DNA from: Octopus bimaculoides
Taxonomy: Eukaryota
Reading direction: 5' to 3'
DNA: 64,000 nt
Assembly (NCBI RefSeq): GCF_001194135.2
Contig: NC_068983.1
Coordinates: 72,476,030-72,540,029 of the forward strand
Made by a program: the position numbers and the translations under genes. Below the pieces are notes generated by a model, which saw only the letters and a program-made list of their open reading frames with translations, had not been told where the DNA came from and did no database searches. Every line of letters starts with the position of its first letter. Positions within the stretch are counted from its first letter, which is position 1. Positions 37,671 to 50,495 of the stretch are shown piece by piece.

Positions 37671-39609
37671 CACATACACACATAAGCAAGTGCAGTTATG
37701 TGGTTAAGAAGTTCATTTCGCAACCAAGTGGCTTCAGGTTCATTCCCACTGTATGGTACCTTAGGTGAGTCAAGTGTCAGCTTCTATATACATATATACA
37801 TATATAAATACATATATGCAATCGTCAGATTAACAATTATTCCAACACATCTTCAGGTTCTGTTTCAAAATATTATATATCTAATTTTACATCCCTTTAA
37901 AAATTAGCAATACAATTAAGCATTAAAGATTAAAAATTAAGAATTAAAAATTAAGAATGAAAATTATACTTTGTAATATTAAGAATCAAACTTTATAAAT
38001 TATACATTATATATATGAATTAGTATATATATAAATCATGTAAAATCAAGTATATGTCAAATACAGAATGTGAGATATAAGATTAAACATCAGAATAAAA
38101 ATGTGAGAATAAACATCAGAATAAAAATGAGAGAATCTAGTTGACAAAAACTGAAAGAAGCCTGTCATATATATGTTTATGTGCCTGAGATTTTGTTTAC
38201 ATTTGTGCTGTTTGAAAGTCACTAGCTGCAAATGGTATAGTCACTTCTCTCAACAAATCATCTGCTCACTTCACACCTTCAAAGATGTGAAATATTAGAG
38301 CTCTTATTTGAAAAGTGTTAGCTACAGACAGGACATTCAACTGTAAAACAATGCCCTCCAAATTATATTCCTTTAACCCACGCTAACACTAAAATAAATT
38401 AGTGTGTGTATGTGGGAATTGAATTTTACCCAAAATTCTATCAGCTCTAACATCTATGACAATATGTATTTTATGTAAAGGTGCAGTTTTATAATTACCA
38501 AATAACACCAAGGTGACTTCTAACTATGGTTGTCATAAGAGTGTATGAAGTTAGATAAGTGTAGCAAACAGTTACCAATAAAAAGAACAAAGATGGTCAT
38601 AGAGGAGTCAGAATAGGGAGGGTAGAGAATCAAGAAGGTACTTCTGAGTGAAACAAGTATGGCACAGTTATCAGAGAAGATCTTTACACACGTAAAGTTA
38701 TTTATAAGTATGATAGCTGTATGGTAGACTTCATAAAATTCTGATTTAACACCACTACTCAGTCCTTGGTTACCTTTAGCAGAATTCACTCTGCTGCAAG
38801 TATTCAGACCAAGTCACCAGTTCGAGGATGCTTTCCTCCTTTCATCCCACCAGTCACAGTAGTTCCGAAATCCAGTCACTGGTGCTGGATTTCCCTTCAT
38901 AATTAAATAGTAAAAAAAAAAAATTAGGAAGAGTGCTTCACTAGGAATTTGTGTTTATCACCAGCTTGGTGGTTTTACTTTAATGTGTGACGATGATTAA
39001 AAAGCATTTGTATGTATGCAAAAAGATCAAATGAGGAACCAGCATTTTAAAGGTTACATTGTCTATGTTATGTCCAGAATACTGAGAATAAAGACATTAG
39101 GTTAATACTTATTTGAATGAGGATCTCCTTTCTTGCAAAAGGTGGTGAGGGAGGTGATGGTTATATGCCAAGGTTTCTAAGTATTTACCCATTCAGAAGT
39201 GAAGATTGTAAAGCTTCATTAATACAAAAAATTAATTCTAGAAAACATTGTTTAAAAGAAACAGCTGAAATGTCATCTGTAATAGATTTATAATGAGAGA
39301 TAGTTCAATAAAATTAAACATCTGTGCATGTTCTTACTACCAAAAAGTAAGATTCATGTATTTCCAATTAAATATATTGATAGGAATCTTTTGCAGCACT
39401 AAACTAAGCATGATATGTTGCTTTCAACACTTGACTTTTGTTTAGCTGAGTTTGTCAAAAGGTTATCAATTTTGCTATGAACCAATATTTTTCAAGCCAG
39501 TTTTATTATATTGTTTTGTTTACATTATTACTTTGATGTATCTTTAATTTGTTACAAATCAATCAATCATTAGTTTATCTATCCCCGAATGAGTGTGACT
39601 GACTTCTTA

Positions 39610-39810
39610 TATTTTGGGTCATCCATCAATGATGACTGCTCTTACTGATGTTAGCAGAGAGTGAAATATGGTTTGTGATGTTCATGCCTTTTCAAAAAAC
39701 ATCAGTGACATAAGTGACATGAAACAACCCTAACCAGGCACAAAAATCAGTTATGCAATCAGTATATCAACAAGTTCTAGAAGACTTCAAAATGCCCCAC
39801 AACCATAATG
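39610..39810 (+). mobile_element. Ancient RTE-like LINE relic
   Basis: FLYFGSSINDDCS resembles the F.YLGS.I..D motif after the RT core. Confidence 0.35.
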
Positions 39811-39832
39811 ATCTTTACAATATAATACTAAA

Positions 39833-40062
39833 GCAGCGAGCTGGTAGAATCGTTAGCATGCTGGGCGAAGTGCTTAACGGTATTTCGTCTGCCGCTACGT
39901 TCTGAGTTCAAATTCCGCCGAGGTTAACTTTGCCTTTCATCCTTTCGGGGTCGATTAAATAAGTACCAGTTACGCACTGGGATCGATTTAATCGACTTAG
40001 TCCCTTTGTCTGTCCTTGTTTGTCCCTTCTATGTTTAGCCCCTTGTGGGCAATAAAGAATTA
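39833..40062 (+). mobile_element. Young tRNA-derived SINE with internal Pol III promoter
   Basis: A-box-like tggtagaatcgttag, B-box gagttcaaattcc (39904-39916), CpGs retained. Related decayed copies lie at about 12340-12560, 27560-27720, 29486-29590 and 60203-60422. Confidence 0.85.
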
Positions 40063-41302
40063 AATATAATACTATTTCTTGCATCCAATACTTAATATAT
40101 TGTAGTAAATGTTTAAGCACAAACTGCAATTATATTTGCAAATATACTATCAACTGTTTAGTAGTCAACAGAGTATAATTGGCTTTTTTATCAACCATAA
40201 AGAATAAGAGACAAATTTGTTATTTAACCTCAGGAACCCCCCCCCCCCAGATTCAAGAGACTTAGAATCAAACATACACCAGGCATGGACATGACTGCCT
40301 CATTTGTTTTTTTCTTTTTTAGACAATGAATCTAGGACCACATTATCCAATGTGTCCTTCCTTTTTTTTTTTTTACTTCAGACAAGCAGTATAGTGTGGT
40401 ATGAAGATTTTGATAGCTATTTCTGGCAAGACAAGTCACCATATATATTGCCTCATTAGAACAGGAACTCAAATCTTTAAAGTACCAGAATGAAATATAA
40501 AATAAGCTCTCCATTGTCTAGGCAATTTCCACATCCTTAGAAACAACAGTAATTCTGATGCTTTAAGTGATATTAAACCTGGAGAGAAATGGGAAATTAT
40601 GACATCAATATTTTTCCCACAAATATTGATTATGTTAATGTGATATGAAACATGACTCTTAAATTTCATTGACAAATAAAATTCTTCATTGTTGTTTATT
40701 AGGTAGAAATTGTCAGCCTTGATTAAAATTTATTGCATAGGTGTAGCCAATTAAAGATTTAACAGCAAGCTAGAAATGCAATCTAGATATAATTTTAAAA
40801 AAGAAAAGAGAGAAAAAAATAGTATAAAAATAAAACAATGTTTTATTAAACTGCATTGTTTCAGCTTTCTAAAATATGTTAAAATTTCACAGAACCTAAA
40901 ACTCAACTTTGAATACAAATTACAACCAGCTAGATTATTTGTGGTTATATATTTGTTTTATCTAACAATTCTTAACATTTCTGAGAAAATGATTTTGAAA
41001 TGAAGCTATCCATCTATAAAACTAACAAGCTATTAGTAAAGAATGCTAGACAATACTGACTTATTTGGTTGGCAGAAAGTTTAACATGCTGTTATTACTG
41101 CTATTGAATATTTCAGTTAGAATGATCAAGCACCAATAAAGATAGGTGAATTTCAATACATCCTTCATTTTGAAAAGAAAAATACACTTTGCAGGGATTA
41201 ACAATTTAAAAGAAATAAAAAGTGTAATAAAACGATGTTTTATTATTTTCTTTGAAATTTCAGCATCCATATCTCAGTACATATTCACTGTGTGCCCAAA
41301 TT

Positions 41303-41681
41303 GTTGTTGTTGGCACTCCGTCGCTTACGACGTTGAGGGTTCCAGTTGATCCGAATCAACGGAACAGCCTGCTCGTGAAATTAACGGGCAAGTGGCTGAG
41401 CACTCCAGAGACACGTGTACCCTTAACATAGTTCTCGAGGATATTCAGCATGACAAGGCTAGCCCCTTTGAAATACAGGTGCAACAGAAACAGGAAGAAA
41501 GAGTGAGAGAAAGTTGTGGTGGAAGAGTACAACAGGGTTCGCCACCATCCCCTGCTGGAGCCTCGTGGAGCTTTAGGTGTTTTCGCTCAATAAACACTCA
41601 CAACGCCCGGTCTGGGAATCGAAACTGCGATCCTATGACCGCGAGTCCGCTGCCCTAACCAATGGGCCATTGCGCCTCCAC
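41303..41681 (-). mobile_element. Young tRNA(Arg)-like SINE with an 11-bp target-site duplication
   Basis: Minus head gtggaggcgcaatggcccattggttagggcagcggactcgcggtc...gtttcgattccc (A and B boxes), (AAC)n tail, and GTGCCCAAATT at both 41292-41302 and 41682-41692. Confidence 0.9.
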
Positions 41682-41749
41682 GTGCCCAAATTAAACATAC
41701 TCCTTTAATTCCTCAATTTTATTGCTTTTCACCTCTGTTCAGCTTTTTG

Positions 41750-42290
41750 TTACATCTTCTGACTGCATTTATTTTGTTTTCATGTGATTTGTTTTAAGAT
41801 GTACTGTTAAGCTCTCAGTGTCCAGCTCTGTCAGTGTGGTCTGCAGCTGGTCTGTGGTTTCATTGATGAGTACAATGTCATCTGAGAAATGAAAGTGTGT
41901 TAGTTGCTCACCATTGATGTTCACACCATTTGTCCAGTCAATATCCTTGATGATCATTTCTAGATATGTTGTAAAGACCTTTGGAGAGATCGTATCTCTT
42001 TGCTTGACACCCTTCTCAAATGGGACCCTTGCTGGTGGTGATGGCAGAGATATATCTGTTGTACATCCAGGCTTGCATTTCCAGAAATTTCAACACTATG
42101 TTCATCTCAATGCTATCAAAAGGTCTTTTCATAATCAACAAAAGCAATACACAGAGGGAGCTAGTATTCATTCACTCATTCTATGGGCTGTGTCAGAGTG
42201 AATATAGTGAATATGTGATTTCTCATACTATAGTTCTAACAGAAACTCGTTTGCTCTCTCAGCTATTGGCCATTGAAGTGTTTTGATAGT
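41750..42290 (-). mobile_element. RTE LINE RT core, inverted 5' segment
   Basis: The minus strand reads REQ..., FVDYEK.FDSIE, KGVKQRDTISPKVFT, GVNINGEQLTHFHFSDDIVLI...KTNHMKTK. Confidence 0.8.
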
Positions 42291-42790
42291 TTGATGACTA
42301 TGACCTTTGTATACAGCTTATTGATGGAAGGCATTTAACTCAATAAAGGATATCCTCAAAACAAAGTTAGACAATACCATACATAACAGACTCTTCAATA
42401 GCATCGTCCTACCTGCACTCTTATACACAGATGTGGACTACTACAAAGAGGACAGAACATCAATTGATTATAATGCAAAGGGCCATGGAAGGATCCATGC
42501 TAGGATTATCATTACAAGAGCCATTCAAAATGAGATAATTCAAGAATGGAACAAACAACAATGTGATCACAGACTACTGAAAGCACAAGTTCTACTGGGT
42601 TGGACATGCTGCAAGGTTCATTGACAACAAGTGGACTTGTGCAGTGGCCAAGTAGTATCCAAGAGATCGCAAAACACCAGATGGAAGGTTTCCATGATGA
42701 TGGGAAGCTAATTTAGTTAAGCAATTTGGGTCAAGATGAGAAAAAAAAGCACACTGAAAACAGAATTGGAAGCACATTGTGACTAGCAGT
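42291..42790 (+). mobile_element. RTE LINE 3' segment, forward orientation
   Basis: The plus strand reads AFNSIKDILK...RLFNSIVLPALLY, QRAMEGSMLG, WVGHAARFIDNKWT and YPRDRK.PDGR. Confidence 0.78.
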
Positions 42791-43699
42791 GTACAACAGC
42801 ATTTGATAGTCTGGTTGGTACTCTGATCTGTTCTATTAGATCACACTATTTTAGCTTTCTAATCTGTTAAAATAGATATAACCTAATAGTAAGCTGTGTA
42901 CAGTCCTTATCAAATCTAGTCAATGTATCTGCCTTTCTTCACCCTCCCATGCCTACAGTGTATCATTTTCCAAGCTCCATACTAAATATTTTTTCTTAAT
43001 TGTTCCCTTTCCTGAACTAAAAATTTCTAAAACTCCTTTCCTGCTCAACTTTTCAATTACAGATAGAATCCATCTAAAAGACACCAATATAGTTTCCATT
43101 GGCCCAGTTTCTCTCATTAGATATTGGTCAACTTGGTATATAGAAAATGACATTTGCCTAAGATACCATGCAGTGGGATTGAACATGAGATCTCACAGTT
43201 GCAAGGCTAAATTCTTGAAGAGAACAACCTATACAGCTTATAAGGGCAGTAAGATTAGTAGTTTAGCCCCAAGTCAATTTTGATTGAGCAGACTTATGAT
43301 CAAAAGCATTTCAGTTCCAACAATCTTATCTAATTATATTTTTTCAGACACAGTGCATAAGAAGCTCATAATCCAATGTGTTCTTGCTTTTGTATGACAG
43401 CAGGGCACTAGATAGTTTATGCTACTCAAGATATGAAGTTGCCATCACAAAATTAACACTGAAGGTAGAAATATGGATGAATATAGATGCATATGTTATC
43501 ATCACATTCAAATATTTGCTATCTCTAAAGACTTCTACACTGTTACTTTGATATTTGTAAACTCCACTTTCTATGTAGGTAAAAAGATGTAAGAACTGCA
43601 GCAGCTTTGGAAATTTTGTCAGAGAATTTAGAATTTCTTGTTTAACATTTCAATGATGATGATAGCAGCTCACAAAGACAATGAAGAAAGAAATTAGGA

Positions 43700-43890
43700 G
43701 TTGAGGAGAATGACTCGGCAGTGCTCATTCATCAGCTGCCAAAGAACATTTGCTTTAAGTACAGGTTTGAGAATGTCAGTTACTTTGTCAACAGTCCATT
43801 TGGAACTACCTATAATTAATGCCATAGGTATCAACTGAAATCCCATTGACACTGCATAATCCTGGTCTACATCAACTGTTATATAAAGCT
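43700..43890 (-). mobile_element. Possible RLE-domain C-terminal relic of an R2-superfamily LINE
   Basis: Open 64-codon stretch ...GFQLIPMALIIGSSKWTVDKVTDILKPVLKANVLWQLMNEHCRVILLNS, loosely matching the IP.IIG...L..IL....W..NEMQK..L pattern. Confidence 0.3.
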
Positions 43891-44556
43891 ATTACAGATA
43901 TCTATTCAACCTTATTAGCAAATGAATTAGTAGCAGTATACTGTGTCAATAACAACCAACTATATGATGTTGATACCTGAAATAGCCAACTATTTGAATC
44001 ATTAAAAAATTTCAATGCCACCTCTTTGCTGCTATCCTAAAATAGGAGAATCATAGTTGGAATGTCTTTGATCATAAGTCTACTCAATCAGAATTTAACT
44101 GGAGCTAACTGTAACTAAAACAACTAAAAAAAACTAAAATAAAGAATCCTTGCCCATTATTCTAAAAAAAGTTTTCAACCAAAGCCATTTAGTTGTCCAA
44201 AGAAATGAATGAGTTTTTCCAAAATGTTAAGCAGACACTAGCAGACTTAACTGCTTTATCATTCTAACCTTAAGTTGCCCACATTTGATATCTCCAGTGT
44301 CACCATTAGTGCAATATTAAAACATTTACAAAGGATAAACCACAGTAACCATTAGCATTCTTTAAACAGTAATTCTAAGATTTATGCTTTTCTTATCTTT
44401 TCCAATTCTGGTTACATTACAGAAACTGATATTTTTCATAAACCAACCACAAGCCATGTAAGTGTCTAAATCTACAAGATGTTTTTAATAAAACTTCAAC
44501 TTGTAGGTCTATTAGCTTCAGCTTATTTTTAGGGATGAAAAATGCTTTAATAATTA

Positions 44557-44878
44557 CATCTTGTGTGGTAAAAAGCTTGCTTCCCAACCACATGGTTCTG
44601 ACCGACCAAAGCCTTGTGAGTGGATTTGGTATATGGAAACTGGAAAAAGCCTGTTATATATATATATATATATATTTGTGCGTTTGGGGGTTGTCCTCCC
44701 ACCATCACTTGAGAACTGGTGTTGGTATGTTTACATACCCATAACTTAGCGGTTTGGCACAAGAGACCGATAGAATAAATACTAGGCTTACAAAGAATAA
44801 CTCCTGGGGGTTGATACATTCAACTAAAAGCAGTGCTCCAGCATGGCTGCAGTCAACTGACTGAAACAAGTAAAAGAG
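44557..44878 (+). mobile_element. tRNA-derived SINE with internal (TA)n and a deletion in the head
   Basis: tgtgtggtaaaaagcttgcttcccaaccacatggttct[deletion]gaccgaccaaagcc...(TA)n...gaaacaagtaaaagag. Confidence 0.8.
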
Positions 44879-45032
44879 ATTATGCCAAACAAAATGCAGA
44901 ATAAATGTAAATATTGAAAAATTTTTCATCTTCAAAAATGAAGTTAATAGTGCTAAAAATTACAATCTTAATCACAGACACTAACTTTTGCTAAATCGAA
45001 GGCATCAGACATTTACTCCATACATCTCTCAC

Positions 45033-45216
45033 CCTTGATACGGCCTGTCTCTCTTTCCTTCACACCTAAATAGAAAGCTCAGTCTTTCAACTTCAGAACC
45101 TTCACTATCAGGAATCTCTTTCCTGCTCATGTCTTTCCAGCAGACGTTGATTTTTAAATGGAACGTCAATGACATTAACCTTACTGGTCTTAAAGAGCTC
45201 ACGAGCATCATGGTCT
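45033..45216 (-). CDS. Candidate 184-nt exon, unassigned
   Basis: Long pyrimidine tract tttttttttttcttttcccttgccattcggccag|AGACC...TCAAGG|gtgaga. One frame is fully open (ETMMLVSSLRPVRL...GKRDRPYQG). CpG-rich relative to the flanks. Confidence 0.33.
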
Positions 45217-46592
45217 CTGGCCGAATGGCAAGGGAAAAGAAAAAAAAAAGGCACATCCAAATTTACCACTAAAAATATATTACTGAGAAAGAAAATTCTG
45301 TCATGACTTGCTGTTTATGATAATAAACATGGTGAAATTTGTTAGATCGATACTGTCCAGAAGTCTGTTACATGAGGGGTATGGGTGCACACACACACAA
45401 ACGTGTGTGTGTGTGTGTGTGTATGAGTGTTTTTTTCCTCGCATCATCACAGTGACAGTGTTTAGTTGACAATGATGTAATGCTTACTCTCCCATAAACA
45501 TAACATCCAATATTTTGGGAGTTTTGATGATTTTGATATGTGATGACCAATGAAATGAAAATACCTTCCATGGAAAATAGGTGAAGGTCAATAGCAAGAA
45601 GGGCTTCTGACTATAGAAAACTGCGTCAATAAGTCCCATCCAACCCACACCAACATAAAAAGAAAACTAAAAACAATGATAATGAGGAGAAGGAGAGAAT
45701 GCCCCCAATATACAAGAATAACTAAGTAAATAACTAAAAAATAAACAAGAACAACCAGCAAAGCAACAAATAAACATAATTATTCTGTGAGGATGGACAG
45801 AAGAATTCAACGTTTTAGATTGTGGTTCTTTGTCAAGAAAAGAAAAGAGAACAGAGATGAAAAACAGGAAAACAATATCAAGTGTGCTATGAGGCTGCAT
45901 GATGAAATGGCAGAAGTAGGCAGAACATGGTTTCAGAAAGGAAAATGGTAGTTGAGGGAGATATCCAAGATAAGCATCAGAATGAGACATGTAGTATGTG
46001 TAAGCATGTTATGTATGGGGGAGTGAAAAAGTGAGAAAGAGTAAGAAGTCAAATGTGTGTGAGTAGGTTGTACATTTGTGAGCAAGTGGGTTGTGCATGA
46101 ATGTGCATAGCGAGATGATGTGAATATGGCATAGTGCTGAATGAGTGGTGTGAGTTGATACAATGAAGTATTGCATGGGTAGTATGAACAATAATACATA
46201 AAAGAGTGGGATGTAAAGTGTAGGGGGAATAGGTTTATGTGTGGATGGAATGTATATGTGTAACTGCTCTGGGAAGTAATAGTGTGTGAATGAATGGATA
46301 TGATGAGCTGCTCTATGAGTGTATGGTAGAGGCATAGTGGTGTGTGTTGAGATAGGGAGTAGGACAATTTGAAGTGAATATGAAAGCAGTTATTGTTGTG
46401 TGAAGGCATTTTTCTGAAAAGGCATTGTTTTTAAAAACAAAAATGCAACTCAATTATAGCTGAGGCAACTATGTTTAAAGTGGAAAATTATTTTGTGTTC
46501 ATGAAGCAAGCAGGAAATGGGACTCCTATTATATTGGATAATCCCATAAACAGCAAGACAAAGGTAGATGTGGCCTGGAGAATTGAAGTGAC

Positions 46593-46950
46593 AAGTCTAC
46601 TTCAGTTAGCTCTCACTCTTGCTAGAAATCCCCATCCTACCTACTTCTGCTGTACCCATTTTCATTGTCATTTCACCATGTTACCCCTCTTCTCTATCCT
46701 TTGCTTTACAACAAACCTCTATTTGAAATATTGAATTCTCCTCCTTTTCCAAAGGGTAATTATACTTTTGCTATTTTGCTTTGTTTTTCTCTGCTTGATT
46801 CTCTACAGGTTTGACTTTACATGGATATTCTATTACCATAGAAATGTAGATGAGCATCAAAACTGTCCTTCACCTTCCCTACAGTCCAGATCTTGCCTTC
46901 TGTGACTTTTGGTTGTACCCCAAGCTGAAGGAGAACCTCAGGGGTAGTCG
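46593..46950 (+). repeat. 358-bp sequence repeated identically at 47368-47725 across an N gap
   Basis: Appears base-identical on both sides of the gap at 46951-47367. Confidence 0.92.
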
Positions 46951-47367
46951 NNNNNNNNNNNNNNNNNNNNNNNNNNNNNNNNNNNNNNNNNNNNNNNNNN
47001 NNNNNNNNNNNNNNNNNNNNNNNNNNNNNNNNNNNNNNNNNNNNNNNNNNNNNNNNNNNNNNNNNNNNNNNNNNNNNNNNNNNNNNNNNNNNNNNNNNNN
47101 NNNNNNNNNNNNNNNNNNNNNNNNNNNNNNNNNNNNNNNNNNNNNNNNNNNNNNNNNNNNNNNNNNNNNNNNNNNNNNNNNNNNNNNNNNNNNNNNNNNN
47201 NNNNNNNNNNNNNNNNNNNNNNNNNNNNNNNNNNNNNNNNNNNNNNNNNNNNNNNNNNNNNNNNNNNNNNNNNNNNNNNNNNNNNNNNNNNNNNNNNNNN
47301 NNNNNNNNNNNNNNNNNNNNNNNNNNNNNNNNNNNNNNNNNNNNNNNNNNNNNNNNNNNNNNNNNNN
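46951..47367. other. Assembly gap
   Basis: Run of N. Confidence 0.99.
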
Positions 47368-47624
47368 AAGTCTACTTCAGTTAGCTCTCACTCTTGCTAG
47401 AAATCCCCATCCTACCTACTTCTGCTGTACCCATTTTCATTGTCATTTCACCATGTTACCCCTCTTCTCTATCCTTTGCTTTACAACAAACCTCTATTTG
47501 AAATATTGAATTCTCCTCCTTTTCCAAAGGGTAATTATACTTTTGCTATTTTGCTTTGTTTTTCTCTGCTTGATTCTCTACAGGTTTGACTTTACATGGA
47601 TATTCTATTACCATAGAAATGTAG

Positions 47625-47876
47625 ATGAGCATCAAAACTGTCCTTCACCTTCCCTACAGTCCAGATCTTGCCTTCTGTGACTTTTGGTTGTACCCCAAGC
47701 TGAAGGAGAACCTCAGGGGTAGTCGTTTCGAAAATGAACATGGACACCTCTACTTTGGAGGACTTCCATGGAGCTTTCACAAAGTGGTTGGAACTCTACA
47801 ACAAGTGCATTGAAGTCAGAGATTAGAGTTTTGTCTTCCCTGAAAAAGTTTCAAAACCTCTGGAATGCATCTTGTA
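47625..47876 (+). mobile_element. Mariner transposase C-terminal fragment plus right TIR
   Basis: SIKTVLHLPYSPDLAFCDFWLYPKLKENLRGSRFE, ending aaagtttcaaaacctctggaatgcatcttg|ta. A duplicate fragment lies at 46850-46950. Confidence 0.8.
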
Positions 47877-49444
47877 TGTCTATCCTCTCTTGACTATTTT
47901 TAATTAAATTGCTTGTATGTTTCAGTTAAATTTAAATATAATTAAGATTTTGGAGGGAATTTAGTAAAGCTATTACGATAATATACATATTGGTTATTAT
48001 TGTTTTGCCTCAAGTCAGCTCTGATTAAGTAGATCTATAGTCAAGGACATTCCAACTGAAATGTTTTTAAATACTGATCTGCAATAGACCTGACATTCTT
48101 ATCTTCAGACACAATAATATCTATGACCACATTATTCAATGCAGATAGTAGAGTGTGTTTTGGCTGCTGTTTCTAGCAGTTCAAATAGTCATGTAGAGAG
48201 AATCCCTTATTGGCTTGTTCATATATAGAAATATTATAAACCAACTGAAATCACATGATATCTATTATGTTTTAATGAGATTTTAAATTTAGTATAGTTG
48301 GTTTCTGGCAGATTACCATGAAAAGGGTTAAATCAGATTTATGAAATGATATTAGACTAAGTAGATGTGGAGAGTATTTATTTAGTGAAATAGAAACATA
48401 TATTTGTAAATGATAAGTTTGTATCTGAATGTAATGAATCCAGATTTCAGTTAAACAATGAAGAATTATTCAAACATCAAATGCTTCTTTCAAGATAAAA
48501 GACTTCACAGTATTCTCATAAGAAATAAATATAAAGATAACAAGGAAAGCTAAAAACATTGAGCAAAATTAAATCACTAGATATTTACATTTAATTCAAT
48601 TATACTTTTCAGGTTAGTTTTCTTGCATAGTCATAACAACAATGATTTGATAACTGGAAAGAAATTAAGAAAAACATTTCAATAAGAAACGTTTCCAATG
48701 TGCAGCAATTTGGCTAAGTTGTTAGAGAGGCTAGAATACTTTGTAGAATGTTCTGACTCTCTGCCTTTTTAGTTCAAAAGTTCAAATCTTGGTAAGATCA
48801 ACTTGATAAACTATGCTATATTCATCCTTTCAGGAAGGATAAATAAAATACTAGTTTAGTATGGTGGTCTTGTCACTGGAAAGTAAGCAGTAACATTTCT
48901 GTCAGGATTTGCTAACCTCATGTAGGATCAACAATTGAAAAGTTTTCCCTCCAATACAGCCTGGCTCATAACACCACAGTTCAGTTTGATGAACAGTGAT
49001 GCAATATGATCTCTCCAATTTCAAATTTCTTTTATATACCATATTTTACAATACCTTCATTTTTATCCCTATTTTTTGAAAAATTAATACATTTTTAATT
49101 TAATTTCAGATACATCAATTAAGGAATCAACAACTTGATAAACTTTGCAAAATTAAATTAATCTAAAAATCAAATAGATTTAAAGAATGAGTAAAAACAA
49201 AAACATGCTTCCATGATAAAGCTAGTAAGACATTTGAAGTATTTCAGAGTAAATTTCATGCCATAAACTGAGAGTTAAAAATAGAACATGTAATAATTTG
49301 AACAAATGAACAAATAAATGTTAGGGATACAATTAAATTTCCTTAGATTTTCAATAAAAATGCATCTTGCTTTTTCTTTCATTATATGATTCTATATACA
49401 TTCATATATCATTTGACACCCCAGATATCTTAGCAATAAACAAA

Positions 49445-49870
49445 TTTATAAACTAGATAACATGACAGGTTGGGATTTTTGGGGGCAGCTCTCAAGAAAC
49501 TCAAAGTCTATTCTCTCCAAAGCTAACATGAAAGCTATATCATTTGTATGATGTAGAAAATATTCCAGCAGCATTGCCCATGACAATGCAGTTGGAATAT
49601 TAAAATTCACCCAAGGCTTGATCCCCATGCCATCCATCCTCTACAAAACAATCATGCTTGCATCACACCACAACACTAAGACAGAACTATTTTACCTCAA
49701 CTGGCCCTGCTCACTTTAACATCATGCCAAGACATATTAGGGAAGAAAAGGCTCTCATAACATTGAAATGGCTCCTAAATGAATACCACCAACAAACTCA
49801 AGATAAACCACTTATACCTGCATATATCTCTGCAAACAATAACTCTTTACTCATATGAGATATGGTTCCC
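49445..49870 (+). mobile_element. CR1/L2-group LINE 3' end relic
   Basis: WAALKKLKVYSLQS*HESYIICMM*KI, then TLRQNYFTSTGPAHFNIMPRHIREEK...QDKPLIPAYISANNNSLL. Confidence 0.7.
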
Positions 49871-50174
49871 AAAGAATAGTTGTTATATGAAACATCATTA
49901 AAAGTCTTTTCCAAAGGTGATGCAATTAATTTAGTCATGATATAGTCATTAATTTAGTCATGGGCCTATTCTCATTGAAAGATATCTAACTATATAAGCT
50001 TATTTTTATTTGTATTAAAAGGTATGTATGTATGTGTGTGTGTGTGTCACACATACCCACATACCTACATATATCTATAAACAACATACATACATATAAA
50101 ATAGATTCTTATATATATAAATAATATATAGATATATATAGATAAAACAATATCCATACATAACATAATATATC

Positions 50175-50344
50175 TTTTATCTTTTCAAATGAATCAATGC
50201 CAATGCCTTCTTTTTTAAGCCTCGCACTTATTTTATTGGTCTCTTTTGCCAAACTGCTAAGTTATGAGGACATAAATACACCAGCACCAGTTATCAAGCA
50301 GTGGTGGGGGTCAAACACACACACACAAACACATACACACACAC

Positions 50345-50375
<31 letters not shown>

Positions 50376-50495
50376 TGATAGGATCCTTTCAGTCTCTGTT
50401 TACCAAATCCACTTACAAGGCTTTAGTCAGCCCAAGGCTATAGAAGAAGTCACTTGTCCAAGACATTACACAATGAGATTGAATCCAGAACCATG
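50175..50495 (-). mobile_element. Decayed tRNA-derived SINE with internal (CA)n
   Basis: gccaaactgctaagttatgaggacataaatacaccagcacc...(CA)n...ccaaatccacttacaaggctttagtcagccc. Confidence 0.7.

Noticed and set aside
39833-39920. tRNA-like heads here and at 41600-41681
   Set aside because: They continue into SINE bodies and tails and lack a complete cloverleaf, so they were not called as tRNA genes.
43700-43745. Minus strand GGCAG-CTGATGA-ATGAGCA-CTGCC-GAGTCATT, resembling the ribozyme motif
   Set aside because: There is no GAAA box and no NUH before CTGCC. It lies within a protein-like frame and is likely chance.
45960-46410. Strongly G/T-skewed tract producing 107-158 aa His/Thr-rich ORFs on the minus strand
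   Set aside because: It is a degenerate microsatellite-like composition effect.
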